Positions 25,303-38,862 are shown, numbered from the stretch's first letter. The stretch: 64,000 bases of DNA from Octopus sinensis (GCF_006345805.1 NC_043022.1:992001-1056000); one strand, 5' to 3'. Notes: generated from the letters alone by a model not told the origin. Made by a program: numbers and translations.

Positions 25303-25600
25303 TCAGACAGTGAAATATCTTGGGATTCCAGAGCCCACAGCTATTCAATATCTTCCCAAAAGACTTGAGAGACCTACAAGGAGTGGATGTAGATGTCTTC
25401 AAAACAGAACTGGATTTCTTTCAGTCAAGATTCCCAGAGGAGCTAATTTCACAGCAGGAAACACAAACAAGGACAGCAACATCAAATTCTTTCATTCACC
25501 AAAAACCAAATGTAAAAACAGAATTCATGAAAAAACAGTAAGAGACAATGGTGGTGCCCCAGCATGGCCACAGCTCTCAAACTGAAACAAGTAAAAGAGT
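25303..25600 (+). pseudogene. CR1/L2-group LINE 3' fragment with 3' tail
   Basis: LGFQSPQLFNIFPKDLRDL...VFKTELDFF (the LFN.LP..LR / FK..LD motif), followed by a GGTGCCCCAGCATGGCC...GAAACAAGTAAAAGA tail. Confidence 0.8.
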
Positions 25601-27304
25601 TATAAAGAGATGTAAACTCACAAACGCATGCATTCAATTTTTTCATCAAGGCACAGACATAGCTGTGTGGGCAAAGAAGCTTGCTTCCCCACCATCCATT
25701 CCGAGATTCAATCCTATTGCATGGCACCTTCTACTTTAGGCCCAGGCTGACCAAAGCCTTATCAGTGGATACGGTAGACAGAAACTGAAAGAAGCCTGTC
25801 ATATATACATGTGTGACCGAGATTTTTGGCATTATGTGATGCTTGTGAAGAAGAAGACTCATCAAGTTGAGCAACATCGCAGTCATGGCAGATACTCAAC
25901 CATTTTTCATCCACAGACCCCTTTGATTACCATTTTATTCTAGTGGTCCCCATAACTATTCAATGTTTAAAAACTAGTTTTATAGAGATACGTCTTTCAA
26001 ACATTCTTGCTACGCTTTTGTTACATTAACTTGCACCATCCGATCGTGGCCGTTGCCAGCCTCGCCTGGCCTCCGTGCCAGTGGCACGTAAAAAGTACCA
26101 TCCGACCGTGGCTGTTTACCAGCTTCGTCTGGCACTTGTGCTGGTGGCACGTAAAAAGCACCCACTACACTCATGGAGTGGTCGGCGTTAGGAAGGGCAT
26201 CCAGCCGTAGAAACATTGCCAGATCAGACTGGGCCTGGTTCAGCCTTCTGGTTTCCCAGACCCCAGTTGCACCGTCCAACCCATGCCAGCATGGAAAGTG
26301 GACGCTAAACGATGATGATGATGATGATGATGAAGTTGAATCAGGTAAAATGTTAGAGAAAGGATCCTTGTAAATACATACAATCTAAAGCATAATTTTT
26401 TTAGGGGCCCTTAAAATGCTATTGTGGATCCCCAACTTACTATTTTGTCGTGTGGACCCTGCTAAAATCTTATATGGACTCCAGTTGAGAACCACTGAAC
26501 TAAAGTCAAATGATTAAAGCAAACGAGAGATAAAAGTACGAATTACGAACGGAGTGTCTGGAATTGTTTAGTCAAAGTTTCCTAATGCAAGGCTTATTGG
26601 CGATGGTTATGTGGTGGTGTGGGGGGTGAGAGTAGTGGTGATGTTTCTGTTGACAGCGAGATAGCGGTGATGATGCCGATGGCGACAGAGGATAGAATAA
26701 AGTTGGTGGTGACAGACTGTGGTGATAGGCGCTTACGTCGTCCTCACCAACCGCCAGCATCACCACCACCACCATCACCAGCCGCTGGTAAAAAGGGTAG
26801 GAGTAGTAGTGAGAGGTAGTAACTGAATCGGAAATTTTAGGTAGAAGTGGATGATGGGGGGGGGGTGATGTAGAGTTGATAGAATAGTATGTGGGGGGGT
26901 GGAATATCTGATGAGGTTTAGGCGTTAGTAAGAAGTGATAAGTAGTGGCATTGTTAATTAGTAATGGGGATGATAGAGACGGTAGGGGCGGCCGAAACAA
27001 CGGAGTAGTAGTAGTAGTAGTAGAGGTGGTGGTGGTGGTAGTAGTAGTGGTAGTAGTAGTAGTAGTAAAGTTTGTGCTGTCCGCGTGGACGGCGGCGGTG
27101 GGGACGGACGGCGGTGCCACTTTTGTTAATCTAAGGAAAACTGCAGATGCTAAACTTACACATTGCACACTGCACGCAGATATCACACACACGACTAAGT
27201 CACAGATGCACACGCGTACATACGCACACACACGCACACACACGCACTCAAACGCACACACGGTGTCATATAAATATATACACACATACGCGCGCACACA
27301 CACA

Positions 27305-27760
27305 CACACAAATAGTCATACACTATTTCTTTATTACCCACAAGAGGCCACAAATAGTCATACACAAACACGTACACACGCAGAAAAACGCATGAAAAAA
27401 TGATGCATATAATTTAAATACACACACGTTTATTCACACTAACACATATGCATACATAAACACACACACACATAATAAAGAATATGTATATAGACACACA
27501 CGTGTATATATATATATATATATATACAGACACACACACACACAAATAGTCATACACTATTTCTTTATTACCCACAAGAGGCCACAAATAGTCATACACA
27601 AACACGTACACACGCAGAAAAACGCATGAAAAATGATGCATATAATTAAATACACACACGTTTATTCACACTAACACATATGCATACATAAACACACACA
27701 CACATAATAAAGAATATGTATATAGACACACACGTGTATATATATATACAGACACACACA
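27305..27760. repeat. tandem duplication, ~236-bp unit
   Basis: The block CACAAATAGTCATACACTATTTC...GTGTATATATA occurs twice, nearly identical. Confidence 0.9.
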
Positions 27761-30535
27761 CACCACATACAGAGATTGTGTTTGGATGTTACAAGGTCGT
27801 TGTTGCTTCTCTTCCTGTTGTATGTTGGATTGTGTTACATGAAAGAGAGAGAGAAAGAGAGAGAGAAACTTGTGAAGAGAGAGGAGGAGTAGAGTGTGTG
27901 TGTGAGAGAGAGATAATGAGGGAGGGGGAAGTGAGAGACAAACGTTTGAAGATCGAAGGGGGAAGCAGAGAAAGGGAAAGCTAATGAGAGAGGAGAATTG
28001 AGAAATGAAAGTGTGGTGACAAGGGGAAGGGGAAGAGAGAGAAAGAGAGAGAGACAGACAGAGAGCGAAAACAGAAAGAGAGAAACAGAGAGAGAGAGAG
28101 AGCGGAACCAGAAAAAGAGAGAGAGAGCAAAACAAGAAAGAAAGAGAGAGAGAGAGAATGGAATCAGAGAGACAGACGACAGATAGACAGAGACAGTGAG
28201 AGCGGAACCAAAATGAGAGAGAGGTAGAGAGAAAGAGAGGGAGAGTGAAAGAGAGTGCAGAACCAAAATGCAAGAGAGAGAGAGAGAGCGTGGAATCAGA
28301 AAGAGAGAGATATCAAGATAAGGAAAGTAAGAGACAAAAGTTCGAATAGAGAGGGGGAAGAAAAGAAAGAGATGACAATAATATTAGGGTTAATGAGGAG
28401 ATGAAGGAGGAGGTAAGGAAAGATTTAGATAATGAGGGACGACATATACGGAGGAGGAGCGGGAGGAGGTATTTGAGAAATAACCAGAAAGAGAGAGAGG
28501 GAGGGGAGTAAAGGTAAGATTGATAGAGAAGGAGGGGTTTGAGAGTTGGAAGAGGAACAAACAGCCAATGAGGGGGAAGGAAGAGAGAGAGGAAAGGGAC
28601 AGAGTTAAAAGACGTCGTGAGAGAGAGAGAGAAGAGAGAGAGTAAGATGGAGAGAGAGAGAAGAGAGGGGGAAAGAGAAAGAGACAGGAAGAGATAGAGG
28701 AAAAGAGAGATAAAGTGAAAGAGAAGAAGAGAGAGAGAACGGGTGAGAGGTGGGAATAGCAGTTGAGGCGGAGGAGATTTATTTCATGGAAACTGACAAA
28801 GCGATAGATTTATTGAAAAGGAACTTTATTAGAATAAACGGTGTTGGACGGGAAGGAGGTGGCGATGGTGGTGGTGGTGGTGGTGACGGTGACGATGATG
28901 ATGACGGTGATGGTGGCGATGATAGCGATGGTAGGGTGATGATTATGACGATGGTGGTGGTGGTGGTTGTGATGATGACGGCGATGGTGTCAATAATGGT
29001 GATGATGGTGGTGATGACGGTGATGATGGTGATGATGACGGAAGTGATAGTGGTGATTACAATGATGATGGTGATGATGATGACGGTGGTGGTGGTGAAG
29101 ATGGACGGTGGTGGTGGTGGTGCTAAGGAGTGGTGGTCATAGCAAAACCTATCAGTTTTTCATCTTTTTCTTGTTTCAGTCATTGGTCTGCTGCCATGCT
29201 GGGGCACCACCTTGATGGCTTTAGTCAACCCCCTGCTCAGTGTTACTTATTCTTCTATCAGTCTTTATTGACCAAACTGCTAAGTCATCATCATCATTTA
29301 ACATCCATCTTCCATGCTGGCATGGGTTAGATGGTTTGACAGGAGCCAGCCAAGTAGAAGACTACACCAGGGATGTAAACAGACCAACACCAATTATCAA
29401 ATGGTGGTGGAGGCAGCATAGATAAATACACATCCACGCATCACCATCATCATCATCATTATTTAGCATCCATTTCCCATATTGGCATGGGTTGGATGGC
29501 TTGAAAGGGGCTGGCAAAACCTGGGGCCACGCCAGGTTCCAAAGTCAGTTTTGTCATGGACCCTACAGCTGGGTGCCCTTCCTGATGCCAACCACTTTAC
29601 AGGGTGGACTGGGTGCTTTTTACAGGTACCATCTCCCGTGCCTGTTATGTGGCACCGGTACATACATATACATAAATGAGGCTTCCATGCAGTTTCCATT
29701 TACCAAATTCACTCACAAGGAATTAGTGAGCCTGGGGTGGTTATAGTATAAGTCATTTGCTCAATGGTGATGGTGGTGATAATGATTATAAGATTGTGGT
29801 TTTGATTCATGGACCAGACAATATGTTGTGTTCTTCAGTAAAATACATCATTTCACATTGCTCAATCAACTCAGCTGGCAGAAATGAGTGCCCTTGCGAC
29901 ACACCAGTCTCCGGGCCAAGGGAGAAACAAATACAGCAGAACCTACAAAACTGGCTTTATGAGCTTATGGCTTGGGAAGAAACCTTGATCCTCAGATTTT
30001 ATTCACATTCATAGCAACTCAAGTTGCCAACTGTGAGCTATACAAATTTTTTCAGCTTATCAAACTTCAATATGGGAAAAGCCTACAATCTTCTCTGCCA
30101 ATAAATTATTATTTCTCCTGAACGGTGTTTTTTATACCTACCACAGACTGCTCAAAGCTTACAAACTTCCTACACTTAGATCTAAGAATCTTTCAATTAT
30201 ATATCAATATATATACCAGTGTACAAGACAGAATTTGAACTTGAAAAAAATTCACCCCAAAACTAAGGGTCGTCTTATATGCCTTGTATAAAATCTGAAC
30301 CTTAACTTATTGTGGTTTAGAGTAACACCAATTTCAATGGAGGACAGCGTAGAGTGTTTGTATATATCCTATGGGTCTACAGTACAGTATTTTCTACTGA
30401 TAATTGCCCATATCAATGGAGAATACCGTAAAACACTAACATAGATCGTATGGTTCTACAACTCAGTATGTTTTTCTGATACATACAAGTACGTTTGGGA
30501 AGCTGGATAAACAGTAAGATTATATAAAAATACAA

Positions 30536-30743
30536 CAATTGCAGCGTGGAAGGTGTTTATAAGCCATTTAAGAAACACACAAAATCCGTTAGATTCACTT
30601 CAACATTTGAATTTAATTTGTCAAAATATTTTCGTCGCTTTGAGTCCGCGATTTGTTCACTGACGTCAGTTGAACGTTGAAGTGAATCCAACGGTTTTTG
30701 TGTGTTTCTTAAATGGCTTATAAACACCTTCCACGCTGCAATT
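30536..30743. mobile_element. head-to-head inverted pair of family F3 elements; hammerhead-like motif on the minus strand at 30617-30664
   Basis: ~70-bp inverted arms. Minus strand reads GTCA-GTGAACA-A-ATCGC..GCGAC-GAAA-ATATT-T-TGAC. Confidence 0.75.
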
Positions 30744-31803
30744 TAGTTCATCCATCAATGTATTCAGCTAGACCCTCCAAGGTGGCGGTCCAGCATGGCT
30801 GCAGTCCAATGAGTGAAACAAATAACACAAAAAAGGTACAGGACCACCTTGCCCTTTATCACAGTGTGTGTGTGTGTGTCCATTCTTGTGGATCTTGTCT
30901 GCTTTGGTTTGGTTCTTTGTACCCTTATTTCAAGGAATATTCAAACTCACTCCAATGCAATTCTGCTCAAAATAGAACAAAACAAGTTCTGTTTCCACAA
31001 ACGCGGATCGTTCCGTCTACCATTTTTTTTATATTTAGTTCTTTCTCTCTCTCTCTCTCACTCTCTCTCTCTCCAAACTTCTTCCCTCTGTATCTCTATC
31101 TCCCCTTCCTCTCTCCCACCCCTTCTCCTCTCTGCTTCTCCCACCCTCTCCCCTCTCTGCTTCTTCCTCCCTTTTTCTGTGTCTGTATCTCTCCTTCTTT
31201 CTTTCCTACATTTCATCCCTCTCTCCTTCCTCTATACACACACACTCTCTCTCTCTCTCTCTCTATCTCTATCTATCTCTGTTCCCTTCCTCCCTCTCTG
31301 TTTCTCTCTCACCTTCCCTCTCTCTCTCTCTCTCTCTCCATTTCTCCCTCTCTAACTTTCTATCTTTCTCTCTTCCTGTTTTTCTTCCTTTCACTCTCTC
31401 CTCATCTCTCTCTCCCTCTCTCTCTCTCTATTCCCCCTCTATCTCTTTCTTTCTTTCTTTCCTTCCCCGTCTCCCTCATTCTTTCCGTTGCCCCCACCCA
31501 ACCAACCCACTCCCCCCCCATCTCTAAATATTCCAGCATCCAGCAATTATGTCATAAGTCTTTTTTCCTATTTATAATTGATCCATATTTATTGATTTCG
31601 GAGTCGCATCCAATCTGAAACTCCACAATACCAAACTATCAATACATCTTACCAATCACTGGGCCTGGCTACCAATACCGTTCCGTTTAGCTTTCTACTC
31701 TACAAATAAACTATCTCTCTCTCTCTCTCCCTCTCTCTTTACATCTCTTTCACTCTCTCTCGACATCCCTCTCTTTCTTTCACTTTCTCTCTTTATATAT
31801 ATA

Positions 31804-32186
31804 CTAGCAGTATCGCGCAGCGTTGCTCGAGTTTGTTTTGTTTTCGATCCTTTAGAATTGGAATTTTTGAAGAGTAAAAATTTCGCCTTATGTAGCTTGT
31901 TATTCTCTTCAAGTGAACATTTTTCTGGTTGAAATACACCGAAAAATTGGCGACACAGCAATAAAAAAAATTGTAAAAAATAGGGATTTTCATAGAAAAA
32001 AAGCAGCTTTTTGATGTAAATAATTTTTGGTGTTAACATGGTCTGATTTGAATTTTTTCTTCTACGGAAGGAAGAGCAAGCCTTCTTCTATCATACTTTC
32101 AATTTTTGTCACCTTATGCCACAGGGTCTCGGAGGAGATAGTGTTAGTTGAAGGCTACCAAACTTGCCACACACAGACAACTTCAG

Positions 32187-32195
<9 letters not shown>
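31804..32195 (-). mobile_element. non-autonomous Helitron-like element in (TA)n
   Basis: Minus strand ends in a GC-rich subterminal hairpin followed by CTAG|T and starts TATATAAAG..TGTCTGTGTGT. A second copy lies at 59334-59720. Confidence 0.75.
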
Positions 32196-32217
<22 letters not shown>

Positions 32218-32560
32218 GCTTTCCCTCTCCATTTATCTTTCTTTCTCTCGCTCTCTCTTCTCTTTTTCTCTCTCTACATCCCTCTTTCCCTCGGTCTCTC
32301 CCTCTCTACACCTCTCTCGCTCTCTCTCACACTATCTTTGTCTCTATCTATCCAGCTAGCTAACAAGATACTAGACCCTATCTTTTCATCTATCCAGTTC
32401 CCTAATTTATTTATTTAAACTTCTATGTACATATATATATATATATATATACAGATTTGCACATATGAATAAATGCATGTATATATATATGTGTGTGTGT
32501 GGTGTGTGTGTGTGTGTGAGTGTGTGTGTGCGTGTGAGTGTGCGTGCGTGTGTGTGTATA

Positions 32561-32591
<31 letters not shown>

Positions 32592-32701
32592 ATAAAACTG
32601 TTAAGAGTAGATATTAGACCTTGATCTTGGTCATAAGACTAAGAAATATATATATGATAGATCGCTAGCCACTATACCTTCTTTATTTTCTTTTCCTGTC
32701 G

Positions 32702-32737
32702 CTTTCTGTTGAAGAGCTTAGGCTCGAAACGTTAAAG
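32702..32737 (+). ncRNA. minimal type I hammerhead-like motif (family F2), best copy
   Basis: Stem I CTTT/AAAG, core CTGTTGA+A, stem II GAGC/GCTC, GAAA, palindromic stem III ACGT, H=U. Confidence 0.65.
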
Positions 32738-32827
32738 ACTTCTTCACTTCCCAAGTGTTAAACTAATACATCTGTTTGTTGTCTACACCACCCGTCTTTG
32801 TCTTCTGGTTTTTTTTTGTGAATTCTC

Positions 32828-32875
<48 letters not shown>

Positions 32876-33045
32876 TATATGTGTGTGTGTATGTATGTAT
32901 ATATATATATGTACATGTATATGTGTATGTATATGCACATACATATATACATGTGTGTGTATATATGTGTGTGTGTGTATGTATATATATATATATATGT
33001 ATGTACATGTATATATGTATGTATATGTACATACATATATACATA

Positions 33046-33078
<33 letters not shown>

Positions 33079-33126
33079 GCATATGTGTATATACATGTAT
33101 GTATATATATGTATTATTATTATTGA

Positions 33127-33315
33127 AGGTGGTGAACTGGCAGAACCGTTAGCATGCCAGGCAAAATGTCTGGTTGTATTTCGTCCATCATTGCATCTTG
33201 AGATCATATTTCGCCAAGGTTGACTTAGCCTTTCTTCTTTTTGGGGTCGATCACTGGGGTTAATGTCATCGACTAGTCCCCTTCCCCCAAATTTCAGGCC
33301 TTGTGTTTTAAGTAG
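33127..33315 (+). mobile_element. tRNA-derived SINE with a Meta-domain-like centre (other copies ~46990-47125, 47750-48070, 49340-49530, 53860-53960)
   Basis: A box GGTGA(G/A)CTGGCAGAA, B box GAGTTCAAATTC, centre GCCTTTCATCCTTTCGGGGTCGATAA. The domain name is from recall. Confidence 0.6.
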
Positions 33316-33648
33316 AAAGGATGATTATTATTATTATTATTGCTATTATTATTATTATTGTTGTTATTATTTTTACATGCTGGTGTCACGTAAAGGGCAC
33401 CTTTTGAGCACTGGGCCTCGCGGAGGCAATAACAAATGACCGAGACCTTTGGCAATAGGCTGTGCTTGAGAAGGAAGATCCATCAAGCTGAATGAAATCA
33501 GAGTCATGGTAGATACTGGTGTCGCATAACTGGCACCCGTGCCAGGGGCTGGTTAAAGCACCCATTACACTCTCAGAGTGGTTGGTATTAGGAAGGGCAT
33601 CAAGCCATAGAAATCATACCAGATCATTGGTGCCTTGTTGTACCACTA

Positions 33649-33701
<53 letters not shown>

Positions 33702-34454
33702 AGATGGGAGAAGGAAAGAGAGAGCGAGAGGGAAAGAGAGAGAGAGAGCGTAATCAGAAGACAAAGAGAACCAGTTCACCTCCAGATATCTCTGACATGT
33801 CCAATGGTTCACTAATGTTTGATGTTTTTTGGCTTTTTTGTTTTTTTTTAATGAAAGTAAGGCCATTTTTTTTTCTGTTTTCTTTTATCTTTACTTTTGT
33901 ATCTTCACCTGTTGATAACAGTTTTTGTCTTTCTCACCTGGCCTTTGGATTCTTATAGGACATGGGTTCCTGTGACATTTTGGACTTGTCGAAGGTGGGG
34001 AGGGAGAGGGAGAGAGAGAGATAGGGAGAGGGAGAGTGGGAGAGAGTTTGGGAGAGAGAGAGAGTGTGTGTGTGAGTGTGTGTTGTGTATGTATATATGT
34101 GTGTGTGTGTGAGAGAGAGACAGAGTGAGTGTGTGGGGGGAGTGTGTGTGTGTGTGTGTGTGGTGTGTGTGTGTGTGTCTGTATATGTGTGTGCACAAAC
34201 ACATGTGTGTGTAAAGAAACAGAGTAAATTTTAAAACAAAAAATAATTTATCTTTTATTGTGAATAATGCTTTTTTGCTTACTTCACCTCCCCCACCCCA
34301 CCCCACACATCTTTAGATTAAAGTTGAAGTGGATTGTACTCACACCAACAACCACAACAAACTGGTTACACATATATAAATAAATATCAAACATATATAA
34401 ATAAATATCAAACAAACTACAAAAATAAATAGAAATTTCCTAAATGCAGAGTCA

Positions 34455-35256
34455 GATCACACACACACAAACACACACACAAACAAACACAAACCACCAC
34501 ACACACACCACAAACACACACACATACAAACACACACACCACACAAACACAAAACACACACACACACAACACAACACACACAAACACACAAAAACACACA
34601 ATAACAAAACACCACCACACACAAACAACCACACCACACACACACAAACACACACACACACACAACACAAACAAACACACACACACACAAACAAACAAAC
34701 CACACACACACACCAAACACCACACCACACAACAAACCACACACACACAACACACACACACACACACAACACACAAACACACACACACACACACACAACA
34801 CAAACACACACACAAACACACACACACACAAAACACACCACACACACACAAACACACAAACAAACACACACACACCACAAACACACACAACACAACACAC
34901 ACACACACACAAACACACACACACCAACAAACCACACAAACACACACAAACACACACACAAACACACCACACACACACACAAAACACCAACACACCAACA
35001 ACAACACCACACACACAAACACACACACAAAAAACACACACACAAACACACACAACCACAAACACACACACACACAAACACACACAAACCACACACACAA
35101 ACACACACACCAAAACACAACCACACACACACACACAACAACACACACACACAAACACACACACACACAAACAACACACACCACACACACAAACAAACAC
35201 CACAAACAAACACACACAAACAAACACACACACCAACACACACACAACACACACAA

Positions 35257-35287
<31 letters not shown>

Positions 35288-35467
35288 AACAAACACACAC
35301 ACCACAAACACACACACAAACCACACACACACACAAACACACACACAACACAAACCACACACACACAAAACACACCACACACACCAAAACACACAACACA
35401 CAAACCAAAAACAACACACCACCAAACACACACACACCACACACACACACACACCCACCACAAACAA

Positions 35468-35498
<31 letters not shown>

Positions 35499-35572
35499 CA
35501 AACACACAAACACACACACACAAACACAACACACACAACACACACACAAACACACACACACAAACACACACA

Positions 35573-35608
<36 letters not shown>

Positions 35609-36070
35609 AACACACCACACAACAAACACACACACACACAAACACACACACACAAACCACACACCACACAAACACACACACAACACACACACACAAACAA
35701 CACACAACAAACACACACACACAAAACCAAACACACACACACACAACACACACACACACACAACACACACACACAACACACACACACACAAACAAACACA
35801 CACACAACACACACAAACACACACACACACAAACACACAAACAAACACACACAACACACACACAAACACCACACACAACACAAAACACACTCACACACAC
35901 ACCAAACACACACACACACACCACAAACACACAACACAAACACACACACACAAACACACACACAACAAACACACACACACACTCACACACACACAAACAC
36001 ACACACACAAACACACACACACAAACACACACACACACATCACACACACACAAACACACACACACACACA
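34455..36070. repeat. 1.6-kb irregular (CA)n tract
   Basis: Almost only A and C with random-looking indels; may be unpolished long-read consensus. Confidence 0.95.
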
Positions 36071-36523
36071 GTTACATGCATGAATGCATACATATATATA
36101 TATATATCATCATCATCATCATTTAATGCCAGTCTTCCATGCATGCATGGGTAGGACGGCTGACAGGAGCCAACCAGGTAGAAGACTACCCCAGGCTACT
36201 CTGTCTATTTTGGCAGGGTTTTTATGCCAAGATGCCCTTCCTAAAAACCAACCACTCCACAGAGTGGACTTGGTGCTTTTTACATAGCACCAGCACAGGC
36301 AAGGTCAGTTTTGACATGGTTTTCACCAGCTGGATGCCCTTCCAAATGCCAACCACTTTACAGTGCGGACTGGATGCTTTTTATGTGGCACCAGCCACAT
36401 AAATATATATATATATATATGACAGGCTTCTTTCAGTTTCCGTCTACCAAATCCACTCACAAGGCTTTGTGACTGAACCTGGAACTATGTGGTTGATAAG
36501 CAAGCTACTCACCACACAGCCAC

Positions 36524-36558
<35 letters not shown>

Positions 36559-36580
36559 ATGTTACATTACTCGGTAGTCA

Positions 36581-36643
36581 AGATAAAACTCTGAGTTTCA
36601 GATGCCAAAGTGGAAATCCACAACACCATCTCTTCGGTTATCT
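36581..36643 (-). ncRNA. type I hammerhead-like motif (family F1) in the PLE 3' end
   Basis: Reverse complement of the 38800-38862 motif with one substitution in stem II. Confidence 0.7.
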
Positions 36644-36837
36644 GGCTATTTGAAAACGTTATGAAAAAATACCGTTAAAAATGAAGGGAAATTACTCTGT
36701 TATAACTCTGCTTTGCCTGCGTACTTATACATCGCTCGCATTTTTCGTCATAAAAATTATATAAAAATACATAAAAATATATAAAAATATATAAAAATAT
36801 ATAAAATCTTCTTGGGACATAACACAGAAAGCATGTT

Positions 36838-37848
36838 CTATCCGTTTTCTTTAGGGGACCAAAAACGTAACAGAAATTTAGTCACATGTGGGCATGATCC
36901 GAAAAGCTCTGTCCTTGTATTTAGACATGTGGTAGGGTCTAAGCTGCTTTTCCAGATAAGCCATCTCTCCATGTCGCATAAACCGCACCTTCCGCTGCCG
37001 TTAGTATAGGGCTTACATCTGGCCAAAATCTTCCATTGTATGTTATAATCGACACCTTTATCTCTTAAAGACCAAATATGATTGGATAATTGTGTCGCTT
37101 TTCTTTTGTTCCAGTGCCTAAAGCTCAAAGTGTGGTTATTGAACCTGGCCTTGAAATTACCCTCTGTCAGGCCCACGTATTTCTTCGTCGAAACGGTGTC
37201 TTTAGTGGTTATAGAGTTTACGGTAGCTTCATATATGATGGTTTTGGACATGCAAGCTCCATTTAGCGGGCACAATTCTTTATTCCTGCATGAACAGCTG
37301 TTTTCTTCTTGTGTTTTTTGTATGTTATGATTGATTATGTTTTTAAAATTGGTAGTTGAACTAAAACTAATTTTTAAATTGTGTCTATTAAAGAGTTTCC
37401 TATAAGCATGGTTAACTGGAAAATGTCTATCTATCAGTGCTAGGAAATATTTACCTATATTGAAGGCCACCTCGGGTGAGTAAGGGGGCGTAAACCAGAT
37501 GACCTTCCTATTTCTATTATTCCTTTTCCTTATTGTTGGGCTGGTGATAGGTGTATATTTTATTTTTTCGCTAAAACCACTATCTTTTAAAGCTTTATTA
37601 TAAACTGGGGCAACGCTATTGAAGATGTCCTCATTAGATGAGAGGCTAGAAATCCTCTTACTAATATTTTTAACTAAATTTTTGAATACTATAGGGGGAT
37701 GGCATGAACCTACATTAATATAACTTAGTCTATCATTGGGCTTCCTATAAGGCTTATAAATATTATTATTAAGATCTAAGGAAACGTCTAAGAAATTGAC
37801 AACCGTCAGGTTAGTGTCTATAGTTATACTAAGTCCGAAGTGTTTCAT
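36838..37848 (-). CDS. PLE RT thumb plus GIY-YIG endonuclease, open 336-aa remnant of a truncated ORF
   Basis: ORF track; VNFLDVSLDL RT motif, IWFTPPYS, Cys-rich linker, GIY-YIG core and terminal C..C..E motif. Confidence 0.85.
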   Translation of the reverse strand: MKHFGLSITIDTNLTVVNFLDVSLDLNNNIYKPYRKPNDRLSYINVGSCHPPIVFKNLVKNISKRISSLSSNEDIFNSVAPVYNKALKDSGFSEKIKYTPITSPTIRKRNNRNRKVIWFTPPYSPEVAFNIGKYFLALIDRHFPVNHAYRKLFNRHNLKISFSSTTNFKNIINHNIQKTQEENSCSCRNKELCPLNGACMSKTIIYEATVNSITTKDTVSTKKYVGLTEGNFKARFNNHTLSFRHWNKRKATQLSNHIWSLRDKGVDYNIQWKILARCKPYTNGSGRCGLCDMERWLIWKSSLDPTTCLNTRTELFGSCPHVTKFLLRFWSPKENG

Positions 37849-38799
37849 TAACTGGATAATATCCTTCCTAAAACGATCTTGTGCTGGTCCATTGTATTAG
37901 CTGTTAAGGCGAGGCATCATCTTTGTAGATGGCGAAATGTACGTTAGGGAATGTCTTACCGAAGGTATCTAGGAGAAAGAGTCCAATTAGATCACAGATG
38001 CCTGCCCCATCATATGAACCCATGCTCACATCGAAAGCGCCCTCCGTGTCGGTGTTTTTTACCCACTTTGCATTCTCACTGAAAAGTAATGTCTTTCTAG
38101 CATGGAAGATTATATCCTTATCATTGGTACTAATTTCTATGAAGTCACTAGCGAAGAGGCATAAAAATCAACAATATCGAATTGTGTAAACCTCGCTTTT
38201 TTCTTATTCTTAATAGCTTTAAACCAGTCTACGACTTCTATACTATTGGACCATTGCACTAGCCTAGTATCGGTCTTAATTTTCGTATTTATTTTATCTA
38301 AAATTTCTTTGCTAATAATCCCTAGTTCTGACTAGGCACTGGAACAAAAGAAAAGCGACACAATTATCCAATCATATTTGGTCTTTAAGAGATAAAGGTG
38401 TCGATTATAACATACAATGGAAGATTTTGGCCAGATGTAAGCCCTATACTAACGGCAGCGGAAGGTGCGGTTTATGCGACATGGAGAGATGGCTTATCTG
38501 GAAAAGCAGCTTAGACCCTACCACATGTCTAAATACAAGGACAGAGCTTTTCGGATCATGCCCACATGAGACTAAATTTCTGTTACGTTTTTGGTCCCCT
38601 AAAGAAAACGGATAGAACATGCTTTCTGTGTTATGTCCCAAGAAGATTTTATATATTTTTATATATTTTTATGTATTTTTATATAATTTTTATGACGAAA
38701 AATGCGAGCGATGTATAAGTACGCAGGCAAAGCAGAGTTATAACAGAGTAATTTCCCTTCATTTTTAACGGTATTTTTTCATAACGTTTTCAAATAGCC

Positions 38800-38862
38800 A
38801 GATAACCGAAGAGATGGTGTTGTGGATTTCCACTTCGGCATCTGAAACTCAGAGTTTTATCT
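38800..38862 (+). ncRNA. type I hammerhead-like motif (family F1) in the inverted pLTR
   Basis: Stem I AGATAA/TTATCT, core CCGAAGA, stem II GATG..CATC with inner GTGG/CCAC hairpin, T-GAAA, stem III ACTC-A-GAGT, H=U. Confidence 0.7.

Noticed and set aside
28562-28620. CCAAT box (AGCCAATGAG) plus TATA-like GTTAAAAG
   Set aside because: A single short motif inside a GA-rich low-complexity tract, with no supporting evidence.
34417-36126. 477-560 aa Cys/Val or His/Thr ORFs
   Set aside because: Translations of an irregular (CA)n tract.
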